DNA of 64,000 bases from the IMG/VR virus record IMGVR_UViG_3300027782_000035. The stretch is one strand, 5' to 3'. A program made the translations under genes and the position numbers. The stretch is from a virus. Positions 45,430 through 54,788 of the stretch are shown in pieces (position 1 is the first letter of the stretch; every line of letters begins with the position of its first letter). The notes beneath the pieces were generated by a model. It made no database searches, was not told the origin of the DNA, and saw nothing but the letters and a program-made list of their open reading frames with translations.

Positions 45430-45458
45430 ATTATATCATAGACTAATAAGATTGTACA
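45430..45458 (-). promoter_or_regulatory. uvsY promoter TGTACA-N17-TATAAT
   Basis: Exact family match. Confidence 0.78.
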
Positions 45459-45459
45459 A

Positions 45460-45996
45460 TTAAATGAATTTGTAGTAAGTGTATCTGAAAGAAGCACGTC
45501 CAACTAAGTACTGAACGTCTTGAGAAGTTGAAGTGAATGTTAAACTTCCAAGTGATATTGGAACCATGTCAATGAATTGAATAGTTTGTATAGGATTAGA
45601 CATATTGTCTAATACGATTAGAGTACCATCAGAGTGAATCTTTGCTGTATCTGAAATGTCAGGCTGAGTCGATGTATCCAATAAATCTTGATACTGTTTG
45701 TTATCTTGAGGGAATCCTAATCCAACTATCCAGTTATGTATAGCTTTATAATTAGACATTTTATTATCGACTAGAAAAGTTACCTCTAAAGGACTATAGG
45801 CAACCTGATCTCCAGGAAGAGCAATGTTTGTAAGAGGGTTAGCTTGTAATATATCACCTAGAATTAAATCTGGTAATTGAACCTCTTGGCAAAAATAACT
45901 TAGTTCAGCGATTTTCTGAATAGAGAACCTATAGCCATTAGGTGATAATGGACTAAGATTTTCTGGGAATGGGCAAGAAAGTATTCTGTTTGTCAT
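45460..45996 (-). CDS. gp3: tail completion/terminator protein
   Basis: LSP.GY.F, FLVD..M.NY..I.NW, F.YTYY; synteny after gp23. Confidence 0.85.
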   Translation of the reverse strand: MTNRILSCPFPENLSPLSPNGYRFSIQKIAELSYFCQEVQLPDLILGDILQANPLTNIALPGDQVAYSPLEVTFLVDNKMSNYKAIHNWIVGLGFPQDNKQYQDLLDTSTQPDISDTAKIHSDGTLIVLDNMSNPIQTIQFIDMVPISLGSLTFTSTSQDVQYLVGRASFRYTYYKFI

Positions 45997-46001
45997 ATTA
46001 C

Positions 46002-46009
46002 TATTTATA
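46002..46009 (-). promoter_or_regulatory. late promoter TATAAATA, 5 nt before gp3 ATG
   Basis: Exact consensus. Confidence 0.7.
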
Positions 46010-46010
46010 A

Positions 46011-46055
46011 AATAAAAAGGGAGGCCGAAGCCTCCCACAAACAACCCGAAGGTTG
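46011..46055 (-). terminator. tandem UUCG hairpins and terminator after gp23
   Basis: CAACC-TTCG-GGTTG then GGGAGGC-TTCG-GCCTCCC-TTTTT. Confidence 0.85.
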
Positions 46056-46066
46056 AACCACATCAA

Positions 46067-47350
46067 TTACATGATGTTGGTAACTGCTACTTTGCGATAG
46101 TAGATGTTTGCGCCAGAAGACAAGCTAGTGAATGGGTTTGCAACCATACCATAACGTGTTTTGAAACCAATCTTTGGTTGGAAAGTTGCTGGGTCGATAG
46201 CACGTACTTTCTCTAGTGGAACGTATGGGCAATAGAATAGACCAGCATCAAACGCTGAAGTTCCTTTGTAACCAACAACAAAGAATTGTGTTGCATTAGA
46301 AGCATTAGCATTTGCAGAGTATGGATCAACATACACTTTATACTTACCGTTTAGTACACCAGCGAAAGTGGTGCTTGATTCGTCAACATTTAAACCAGTG
46401 CTCAATGCTGGAGCATAGTCTAGAACACCAGCCATTGCCAATGCACTTGCAACATCTGAAGAACAGATGATGAAGTTACCACGGCCACGACGTGTTGTTT
46501 GTGCGATAGCATTTGCTTCACGTTCGATTTGGAACATTAGGCCCTTAAACTTCTCAACAGACCAGCGGCCATTAGAGTCAACGTCTAGGTCAAAGGTACC
46601 AGCAGCTGCTGTACCTGCTTGTGCACCAGTTTTAGCAGAGGTATATACAGTACGAACAACTTCACGATTGATCTCACCAAGAATTTCGCTTGAGAGAATG
46701 TTGCTTAGTTCGCCTTCAGCATCAAGACCATGAACTGCTTTCAAGTCTTGTGCAAGTTCAACTGAATATTCTGCCTTTAAAGCGCGTGTTTTAGCAGTAA
46801 CAGTTGTCTTTTCGATACTGAATGCCATCTGACCGAATGCAGTGCCAGCGCCAAGATCTTCAGCAGTTGCTGTAGTTAGACCAACACCAGTTGTATAAGT
46901 ACCAGAAACTGGGTTAGCACCTGCGTGAGCTGGAGAAGCTGCACCGGAGAAGTCAGTATCTGCTTCGTTGAACAATGCTTCTGTACCGTCTTGAGTAGCA
47001 TAACGGCTCTTCATTGCGAAGATAAGACCAGTTGGTTGTGTCATTGGTTGAACACCAGCGATATCATAAGCGATCATCTGTGGAGCTGAACGACGTACTA
47101 GGGAGATTAGAACTGGGTCGTAACCTGCCATGTTTGCGTTAGTACCTGCACCACCTAAGCTAATACCATCACCACCGGAGTTGGTTGGAACTGCTTCGTT
47201 AAGAGCTTGTGCGCCTTCGCGCATTGCGCGCTCTTGGTTTTCTAGAAGAACCGCAGTTACTTCTTTGCGATACGAATCCTTAATTGGAGAAGCGCCTTGT
47301 GCTTCTAAAATAGGACCCCATTTTTTAACTAATTCAGGACGTGTAGTCAT
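46067..47350 (-). CDS. gp23: major capsid protein
   Basis: KKW..IL, LLENQ, GVQPMT.PTGLIFAM, ELAQDLKAVHG, FQPKIGFKTRYG. Confidence 0.99.
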   Translation of the reverse strand: MTTRPELVKKWGPILEAQGASPIKDSYRKEVTAVLLENQERAMREGAQALNEAVPTNSGGDGISLGGAGTNANMAGYDPVLISLVRRSAPQMIAYDIAGVQPMTQPTGLIFAMKSRYATQDGTEALFNEADTDFSGAASPAHAGANPVSGTYTTGVGLTTATAEDLGAGTAFGQMAFSIEKTTVTAKTRALKAEYSVELAQDLKAVHGLDAEGELSNILSSEILGEINREVVRTVYTSAKTGAQAGTAAAGTFDLDVDSNGRWSVEKFKGLMFQIEREANAIAQTTRRGRGNFIICSSDVASALAMAGVLDYAPALSTGLNVDESSTTFAGVLNGKYKVYVDPYSANANASNATQFFVVGYKGTSAFDAGLFYCPYVPLEKVRAIDPATFQPKIGFKTRYGMVANPFTSLSSGANIYYRKVAVTNIM

Positions 47351-47375
47351 TTTATTTTCCTTTAATTGTGGATGT

Positions 47376-48308
47376 TTATTTCTTGCCCAACAAACGAAGA
47401 GTTGCTGCAAATTCTGGAGACACTACAGTTTCTTCTGTTAGGGATACTGGTTCATCGGTTACAACTGAACTAATGTTAGATGTAGCCTTCTTACCAAAAT
47501 AATTTTCTTTAATGGTTTGAAGTTTTACCTTGAAAGATTCAGCATCGTCATATGCAAGTTCTTCAGCTAAGCCTTTGAACTTTTCTGCATCTGTATCTGC
47601 CATATCAGTCGAGAATTCTATAATCTCTGCAACACGCTTCATTTCATTGATCTGTTTGGTCAACTCAACGTTAGCAGCTAATTGCTCATCAAGCTTAGCC
47701 TTGGTAGACTCTGCTTCTTCTTGCAATTCTGCTAGAACATCGAACTTTTCTTCTGGAACGTCGATGTGGTGTTGTTCGAAAAGACCTTTCATACCAGCAA
47801 TAAAGCTTTCAGTAATTTCAGTCTTCATACCATTTTCAAGGGCAAGCTCATTATCTGTCATCCACTGCTCAACTACGTAGTTGAGATATCCATCAACTTT
47901 TTCAACAATACCCTCTTTGATTGATTCTACTTGCTCTGCAAGTTTTTCATCAAACTCTTCTTCGAGTTTAGCAATCTCTTGCTTTACTCGTGTAACTACT
48001 GCGGCTTCAAAAATTGTAGCAGCCTTAGTTTTAAATTCTTCTGATAGTTCTTCGCCGTTAATAAGAGCAGCAACATCTTCAGAGACATCAACTGTTAACT
48101 CTTCTTTAACTTCTTTAACTTCTTCAGATTCTTCTTTCATAGCCTTTTTGTTATAACATGAAGAAGCTTCGTCTAATTCGTATTCAGACTGTTCTTCTTC
48201 CGAAAGAGCTTTAAATTCTTCTTCGGTTAAACCTTCGGCTACTAATTCTTCTGCTTGTAACTTCTTTGATTCCTCAAGAAGTTGGGCAATTTTTTCTTCG
48301 ATTGACAT
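47376..48308 (-). CDS. gp22: prohead core scaffold protein
   Basis: Acidic; LSEEFK.KA.TIFEAAV, YLNYVVEQW. Confidence 0.93.
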   Translation of the reverse strand: MSIEEKIAQLLEESKKLQAEELVAEGLTEEEFKALSEEEQSEYELDEASSCYNKKAMKEESEEVKEVKEELTVDVSEDVAALINGEELSEEFKTKAATIFEAAVVTRVKQEIAKLEEEFDEKLAEQVESIKEGIVEKVDGYLNYVVEQWMTDNELALENGMKTEITESFIAGMKGLFEQHHIDVPEEKFDVLAELQEEAESTKAKLDEQLAANVELTKQINEMKRVAEIIEFSTDMADTDAEKFKGLAEELAYDDAESFKVKLQTIKENYFGKKATSNISSVVTDEPVSLTEETVVSPEFAATLRLLGKK

Positions 48309-48357
48309 CGTGTTCTCCTAATAACTGGATGAGTTCTATAATTATTTATCTATTTAT

Positions 48358-49011
48358 TTATTTCAGATTTTTTAGAAAATTCTGAAAAGCCGCGATAGAG
48401 GCTTCATTTAATTTCTTAGATGGAGTACGTTGAATAAACTTCTTAGTATCCTCTATCTGTCTTTGTTCAAATTTTCCATCAATAAAAACCCATTCCACCG
48501 ACTCCATAATACCTCTTACGAAAGCATCTGGAGCAGAAGGGTCGGCGACGATGTCTGCTGCAGTTGCCAGCATAAAATCGTCTTGAACAATTTGAACTCC
48601 TTCGTTGTTAGACTTTAGAGATCCAAGTGCTCGACTGGAAACACCGAGATTTGCTCCGCCATCTAAAAGACCGCGTGCAATATTTCCCATTGGTGTTTCC
48701 ATAATCTTTGCCTTACCAATCCAATTGGTACCTTCTTTACGAAGATCGACGATAAGGTGTGAAACACGATCTAAATTAATAGAAGGTGTATCTGGGTGTC
48801 CTAGTTCACCATAAGCACGATTTTGCTTAACAAGTGATTCCATGTAACGACCAACTTCCTTGTCCATTACAGACTCAGGATACATACGGCCATTACGATT
48901 TTGTAATTCTGACTGAAGGAATACTCCTTCAATAAAATATTCTTTACCCTTACCGAGTTTATTCTCAGTAATGAATTTAGTTTGTTCTACGGTTTCTCTA
49001 ATTAGATACAT
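48358..49011 (-). CDS. gp21: prohead protease
   Basis: NRNGRMY, GELGHP, GVSSRALGS, DPSAPDA. Confidence 0.97.
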   Translation of the reverse strand: MYLIRETVEQTKFITENKLGKGKEYFIEGVFLQSELQNRNGRMYPESVMDKEVGRYMESLVKQNRAYGELGHPDTPSINLDRVSHLIVDLRKEGTNWIGKAKIMETPMGNIARGLLDGGANLGVSSRALGSLKSNNEGVQIVQDDFMLATAADIVADPSAPDAFVRGIMESVEWVFIDGKFEQRQIEDTKKFIQRTPSKKLNEASIAAFQNFLKNLK

Positions 49012-49013
49012 GG

Positions 49014-49427
49014 TTAGCTTCCTACTACTGCGGTGTTATCATAAACACTAAACTGTGCAGTTTCAATCTTGCTAGAATAACCAGATTGCTTTCTCAATAA
49101 CAACCATACTTCCATCTGACCCGTAGTTGCCACTACGATATTTGAAGTGTTTTCAATATTATCAACAAAGTCTGCATCGTTGAATAATAATTCACCTCCG
49201 GCAGCACCTAATAATGTTGCAATGACTACACTGTTTCGTGTAATAGTAGCAACACCAGCTGCAGCTCCCGTCCAATGTAAAGCAAGAATATTAACTGCTG
49301 GAGTGCCGTCAACGACTTCAGTAGTGTGCAAGCAATCGGTTGCAAGTGAAATGGTTTCACTCACTCCACTGCCATATACTTTTATTGCAACTTTCTGAGG
49401 TGTTTTTCTTAAAATTGTTTTTGCCAT
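49014..49427 (-). CDS. probable virion protein
   Basis: Beta-rich ORF within the head operon. Confidence 0.55.
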   Translation of the reverse strand: MAKTILRKTPQKVAIKVYGSGVSETISLATDCLHTTEVVDGTPAVNILALHWTGAAAGVATITRNSVVIATLLGAAGGELLFNDADFVDNIENTSNIVVATTGQMEVWLLLRKQSGYSSKIETAQFSVYDNTAVVGS

Positions 49428-49428
49428 C

Positions 49429-49971
49429 TTATTCCCCGATTTGCTTTATTACATACATAAAGTTATTTTTTGATTCACGCATATAATCTATTATCTCATA
49501 TTTATTCTTTAATAGTGTACTTAAGTTACTTTGAGTCTCTTCATCAATAGCAACTACACTTCCATCATTTAACGTGTACTCTAACTTATTATTAAAGTTT
49601 CCCACGGTCTGTCGCTTAATCTCGGTTATAACGGGATCAATTGAAAACATATTAGAAGAAGCAAGTTCAATATAGGATTCTACTAATGTATCGGTAATTT
49701 TATTAACTTTGTGATATTTTCTTATTAACGTAGCTATCTTTTCTTCTGGAATTATATTGTCTATATCGTTTACTAATTTATTATTCTTGATATAACTTAC
49801 TATATCTTCCCTTGCTTCTTCCAAACTCTCTATAACCAAATCAGTTTTCTTATTATTAACGTATACAGCTAAGTCATTAGTTATAGCAATGCGATCTCCT
49901 TGATATACAAAGCTATCAAGGAGATTGTTTTCTGCTAATACATTTAACTTAAGCTTGCTGTACGTTATCAT
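49429..49971 (-). CDS. hypothetical protein at the gp68 prohead-core position
   Basis: Synteny only. Confidence 0.5.
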   Translation of the reverse strand: MITYSKLKLNVLAENNLLDSFVYQGDRIAITNDLAVYVNNKKTDLVIESLEEAREDIVSYIKNNKLVNDIDNIIPEEKIATLIRKYHKVNKITDTLVESYIELASSNMFSIDPVITEIKRQTVGNFNNKLEYTLNDGSVVAIDEETQSNLSTLLKNKYEIIDYMRESKNNFMYVIKQIGE

Positions 49972-50128
49972 CGACTTCTGGTTCTTGTACGTTAAACATA
50001 CTCTGTGCTACTTTAACTCTATAATCATCAAGAGCCGATGAAACCCTTTGCGATATCGCACTATTAAAGGTGTTCTCGATTGCAATAGAATCTCCTGCTA
50101 CTAGGGCATCAACTAATTCACGTGTCAT
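49949..50128 (-). CDS. gp67: small prohead core protein, gp67-like (59 aa, not in ORF track)
   Basis: MTRELVDAL..GD......F...I..RV...LD......AQSMF; ATGA overlap with gp20 stop. Confidence 0.65.
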   Translation of the reverse strand: MTRELVDALVAGDSIAIENTFNSAISQRVSSALDDYRVKVAQSMFNVQEPEVDDNVQQA

Positions 50129-51690
50129 TGTTTATCTCCATACTTTTGATCAATTTGTGCTGACATTTCAGCCGATTGCGCATTCACTTCGGCTTGGGCT
50201 GCGCCCTTAGCTTTAATGTTTTCAACTTCACCTTGTAGCTGTTCAGCGTTATGTTCTTCGTTTTCTGCATCAATTTCTTTGATATCTTCTTCACTTAGGC
50301 GAAGAATATGCTTCTTAATATACGAAGGAGAATAATACTTACCAACAAAAGGATCAATCGTTGCAAGTAAGTTCATTCTTGCTTGCATGATTTCGCTATC
50401 TTTGATTTCGGCAAAGTGATTATCCTTAACGAAGTCAAACCTAATATCTTTTGATATTTCATCCCAGTCATCTACATTTATAACACCTTTAAGAACCAAT
50501 TGTATCTTTAGAGTGTCTAGGAATAACATCGCAAATTTCTTACGAATTCTTTGTACAAACTTAGTAAACTTAATTTCATCACGAGTAATCTCTGATGAGC
50601 GACCAAGGTTGAAAGTGCTATCTGACTTTAATCTACTAGCTGGAACATTGAGTGCTTGATATAACTTATCTTGGAAATACTCAATGTCTTCAATCTGTCC
50701 AAGGGTTTGTCCACCTGGAAGTGTTGTGATCTCTGTGCCTTTACCGCCTTCACGGCGTGGCATCCAAAAATCTTCCATAAGAGACATATGTTTACGATCA
50801 TCTCTTACTTCGCCTGTTGTAGCATCATAAACAACTTTATTACGGAATTTGTTCATAATATCGTTAACGTATTGTTCTGCCTTTTGTTTTGGCAGATTAC
50901 CTACATCAACATAAAAAATTCTGCGCTCTGGTGCTCTACTAATTCTATAGATAACCAACGCGTCTTCCATCATCTTTAATTGATTAACTATCTTAATTGC
51001 CTTATGCAAATAGGATAACATTAATCCAGAATTAGAATCTGTTACACCTGATGGTGCATAAACGATAGAGTCTAAAGGAAGTTTAATTCCTTGCATTCCG
51101 CCTTCACTAATTCCTTTATCATTATAAAGATAATATTCTTCTATACTTTTAATGATATCTACACCAGTGGCGTTCTTTTCTTTCTGAACGTTTTTGATCT
51201 TACGAATCTTTCGTGGATCAACTTGGCGTAATTCGGCAATACCATTTTTTGGTTTAGTTTCGTCTACTAAAATCTGATAATATAATCTACCGTCAATATA
51301 CCATGATCTAAATATATCATGTCCTCTTTGACTAAACTTTAATAAAGACAAAACTTGATTAAATTCATCAGTGATCTTTGTCTTTATAGATGCAGATAAT
51401 TTCACATCATCTAAGACGATTTCAACTGGTGCGGTATCTTCTTCTGAAACAATAGCTTCATTCGTAATATCATCGATTGCACTATCACAATCAGAGTATT
51501 GTGATATCTCTCTGTATCTACGAATAAGATCATTCTCATTCTTAATTTGAGCCTCAAGGCTCATCACTTGTGCATAATAACCAGACGCAGACGAAGAGAC
51601 AACAGTTGAACCATCATCTTGCGATGGTGATACAACTGTCGCTTGATGAGGCTGTTTTTTACGCTTTATCTCAAAACCAAAAACCTGCAT
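50125..51690 (-). CDS. gp20: portal protein
   Basis: WYIDG, IYRISRAPERRIFY.DVGN, EDFWMPRREGG. Confidence 0.98.
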   Translation of the reverse strand: MQVFGFEIKRKKQPHQATVVSPSQDDGSTVVSSSASGYYAQVMSLEAQIKNENDLIRRYREISQYSDCDSAIDDITNEAIVSEEDTAPVEIVLDDVKLSASIKTKITDEFNQVLSLLKFSQRGHDIFRSWYIDGRLYYQILVDETKPKNGIAELRQVDPRKIRKIKNVQKEKNATGVDIIKSIEEYYLYNDKGISEGGMQGIKLPLDSIVYAPSGVTDSNSGLMLSYLHKAIKIVNQLKMMEDALVIYRISRAPERRIFYVDVGNLPKQKAEQYVNDIMNKFRNKVVYDATTGEVRDDRKHMSLMEDFWMPRREGGKGTEITTLPGGQTLGQIEDIEYFQDKLYQALNVPASRLKSDSTFNLGRSSEITRDEIKFTKFVQRIRKKFAMLFLDTLKIQLVLKGVINVDDWDEISKDIRFDFVKDNHFAEIKDSEIMQARMNLLATIDPFVGKYYSPSYIKKHILRLSEEDIKEIDAENEEHNAEQLQGEVENIKAKGAAQAEVNAQSAEMSAQIDQKYGDKQ

Positions 51691-51706
51691 TATATAATCC
51701 GATTAA

Positions 51707-52294
51707 TTATAGAGGGAACGATCCAATTGGAGTGTCAATGCTTACATTAACTCCAAACCCTGCTCCTTCAGCTGTATTAGATGTCCAATAGTTGTACTGG
51801 AATGTAACATCAAAAGTTTCGATAGTATTAGCTGAATCGAAATCGAGAGCAATCGCACCAATTTCAGTTGGATAAGCATCAACAAACTTATAGGTCTTAA
51901 CGATTGCGCCGTTACGATCTAGTTGATGTACTAATAGATCCACCTGATAATCACGTGGATTTACGCGGCCATTTGTTGAGGTTAGATTCTGAACACCATT
52001 AGACCAATTTTCCATAGCGTTACGAATTGCAAAATCCGTATCATTATATACTGTAATAGCCCAAGGTGCGAATGTGCGCTCACCAGCGATGTTTACTGCA
52101 CGTCCACGATATTGAAGTGGAACGTTTTCAATAGTAGAAGCTGGAAGTTGTGCAGCCTTGCAAAGGAATTGGCTTTTAATACCAACTATTGGTCCTGCAG
52201 CTACGTATGTAGGGAAAGCTAACTCTACTCTAAATTGATTGGCACGAGCACCGCCACCAATTAGCTGAGCTTTAAAATCTGAAATATTAGCCAT
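51707..52294 (-). CDS. gp19: tail tube protein
   Basis: GGARANQF, AAQLP, GERTF..W. Confidence 0.95.
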   Translation of the reverse strand: MANISDFKAQLIGGGARANQFRVELAFPTYVAAGPIVGIKSQFLCKAAQLPASTIENVPLQYRGRAVNIAGERTFAPWAITVYNDTDFAIRNAMENWSNGVQNLTSTNGRVNPRDYQVDLLVHQLDRNGAIVKTYKFVDAYPTEIGAIALDFDSANTIETFDVTFQYNYWTSNTAEGAGFGVNVSIDTPIGSFPL

Positions 52295-52317
52295 TAATGA
52301 CTCCTTGTTGTTCTTAA

Positions 52318-52325
52318 TATTTATA
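52318..52325 (-). promoter_or_regulatory. late promoter TATAAATA for gp19
   Basis: Exact consensus. Confidence 0.75.
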
Positions 52326-52327
52326 AG

Positions 52328-52354
52328 ATTGGCGAGAGGATTAGTCTCGCCAAT
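52328..52354 (-). terminator. stem-loop after gp18
   Basis: ATTGGCGAGA/TCTCGCCAAT 10-bp stem. Confidence 0.55.
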
Positions 52355-52357
52355 TTA

Positions 52358-54721
52358 TTAACCACCAATTTCGTCAAAGCTTACACTTGAGCGAGCAGCG
52401 ATGAAGTTAAGTGTGATGAAGTTGATAGAACGGTTTGGCTTGATAAAGATATCAGCAATGAATTCGTTGCGATCGATAACTTCACCAGTGTTGTTAGACT
52501 CATCACACTTAACACGGAAGTCGGTTACACCGCGACGACCCTGTACATCACGTAAGAATGGTTCAACCAAGTTCTTAAACTGTGCACGCGTAAAGGAATC
52601 ATTGAATTCAAACATCTGATAACGTGCTGCAGTTGCAATAGATTTTTCTAGAACTACAAACAAGCGACGTACGTTAATACGATCAAACGCACTTGGTCTT
52701 GCCAACATTGTCTTATCGCCGTAAAGGATAGTTCCTTGACCTGGGAATGCTGTAACTGGATTAATACCATTCTGATATAATATATCACGATCTGCTTGAC
52801 TTGGGTTGAATCCAAGTTTAACGATATTCTTAATCTGACCACGATTGAAACCACCTGGAGAGAACCAAGGATCAGCGGTGTAATCAGTACGAGCACATAA
52901 ACCAGCTACGTCTCCGTTTAATGGAATCCAACGATATGAGTCATTATAACGATCGTATTGATACTTAAATCCAGAATCCATTACTGCATAAGAACTATTA
53001 ATTGAAGTTGCATTCTTATAGGTAATCATTGCACTTGTCGCAGTAGAACCTAGAGAAGTGATAGGTGCTCCAGATGTATTTGGAGAAATAAACACAATAC
53101 AGTCTTTACGCGGCTCTAATAGATCTAAAATCTGTTTAGCAGTTGTAGCTGATACATTACCAACCGGAACTAAAGAGATATCATATTGTTCTGAATTAGT
53201 TAATGGAGTATATGCAGCTACAATATTTGCAGGTGAAGATTCGTAATCATCTACACCGCCTGATAGTGTTACATCATTTGTTATAGCGTTTGTTACGAAT
53301 GGAACCATAACCGCAACAGCTTTAGAAGATGTTGCTGCTACTTGTGCACGGGTTAAACCCCATCCGCTTTTAGCTACAGAAGTTAATTGTAAATTAACAA
53401 CGCTTTCGTTTGTTAATCCTTCAACTATTTTAATAGTGTAACCTGTAATAGTTGGGCTACCGGTTGTCGTGATACTTACAATTGTATAAGTTCCGTTATT
53501 AATAACTGATCCGGAGAGCAGCAACTTACGTGATGTTTTATCTGGTGCCAAATCGTACCATGCTTTATAAGCAGCTAGTGTAGTGAAACCATCGCTGTCT
53601 GTAATGGTAATACTTCCACCTACACCAGTTTCATTACCTATTGCTGCCAAAGTACCAGCTACGCCAGTTGCTGCAGTAATTACTGAACTATTTGGTTCTG
53701 ATGTTGTATCACTTGCGTGATCCATCCACCAGATGTATCTAGAACTAGAGTTGATAACACTCTTATAATAGTTGTTAGAACCATCCGAATTCTTAGCATC
53801 AGATAGTTTAGATAAGAATGAATATTTTTCTAAGACTGATCCAGGTACACCACTGAAATCGCCTCTATCATTATCGTATATTACTACGTGTATCTCATCA
53901 TTTGTGACACCCATTTGATTCGCGTATACACTCGTTCCAGGAATGCCTTGGAATAAAGCTTTAATTCCAGTAGTTGCGCTAGCCCAGTTACCAGCATCTA
54001 GACGTACAACGCGTAATCCATTTCCTTTAGTACCAGGAAACTTAGCAGCCCATGTACCAGATGTACCAGAGCCATCGTTATATGATTCTAGATATTGATT
54101 GACGTTCTTAATCTTTGGGGCGGCCGCTGCAATAAGTGCTTGTGCTGTTGCGCGTTGCCCAGAAGTTGGTGCTGAAATAGTAATTGTTGGAGCAGCAGTA
54201 TAACCACTACCTGGTGTTAGAATTGTAACGCCCGTGATAGTACGTGTTCCAGTTTGACTAGGAGCAGTACCAGTAACGTTATCTGTAAATGTAACGATTG
54301 CGGTTGGCTTAACACCTCCAGCAATTTGCGGATCGGTGAATCCAACCGTTGGAAGTTCACCGGTTTGACTATTCATAGCTGGAGCATACCCGCTACCTGC
54401 TGTGAAGTTAAAAACTCCAGTTACGCCGCCGCTTGCGACTGAAACTGCGTTTCTTAAACCAGAAGCATCACTTCTTACAATTAGCATGTTGTTAGTATAT
54501 GCTAAGAAATTAGCAGCTGTAAAGAAAGACTGATAATTATAATCAGTTGGCGTACCGAATCTCGATACTAAATCGGTTTCTGAAGAAACTCTAACCGGAT
54601 CTTCAACCGGACCCCAAGCAAATGGTCCAGCGAAGGCTCCAGCCGAAGAAGAAACTGCTGGCACAATTGAAGAAAAATCTTTTTCTACAACGGCTACTCC
54701 TGGGCTTAGTTGAAAAGGCAT
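52358..54721 (-). CDS. gp18: tail sheath protein with inserted domains
   Basis: QLSPGV...E.D, F.WGP, SAFDRINVRRLF, SINFITLNF. Confidence 0.97.
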   Translation of the reverse strand: MPFQLSPGVAVVEKDFSSIVPAVSSSAGAFAGPFAWGPVEDPVRVSSETDLVSRFGTPTDYNYQSFFTAANFLAYTNNMLIVRSDASGLRNAVSVASGGVTGVFNFTAGSGYAPAMNSQTGELPTVGFTDPQIAGGVKPTAIVTFTDNVTGTAPSQTGTRTITGVTILTPGSGYTAAPTITISAPTSGQRATAQALIAAAAPKIKNVNQYLESYNDGSGTSGTWAAKFPGTKGNGLRVVRLDAGNWASATTGIKALFQGIPGTSVYANQMGVTNDEIHVVIYDNDRGDFSGVPGSVLEKYSFLSKLSDAKNSDGSNNYYKSVINSSSRYIWWMDHASDTTSEPNSSVITAATGVAGTLAAIGNETGVGGSITITDSDGFTTLAAYKAWYDLAPDKTSRKLLLSGSVINNGTYTIVSITTTGSPTITGYTIKIVEGLTNESVVNLQLTSVAKSGWGLTRAQVAATSSKAVAVMVPFVTNAITNDVTLSGGVDDYESSPANIVAAYTPLTNSEQYDISLVPVGNVSATTAKQILDLLEPRKDCIVFISPNTSGAPITSLGSTATSAMITYKNATSINSSYAVMDSGFKYQYDRYNDSYRWIPLNGDVAGLCARTDYTADPWFSPGGFNRGQIKNIVKLGFNPSQADRDILYQNGINPVTAFPGQGTILYGDKTMLARPSAFDRINVRRLFVVLEKSIATAARYQMFEFNDSFTRAQFKNLVEPFLRDVQGRRGVTDFRVKCDESNNTGEVIDRNEFIADIFIKPNRSINFITLNFIAARSSVSFDEIGG

Positions 54722-54788
54722 GTTAAAACTCCTGTTATTATGCAATAAACACCTTGTGATGTCTATTTTATTTATCTATAATCAGTTT

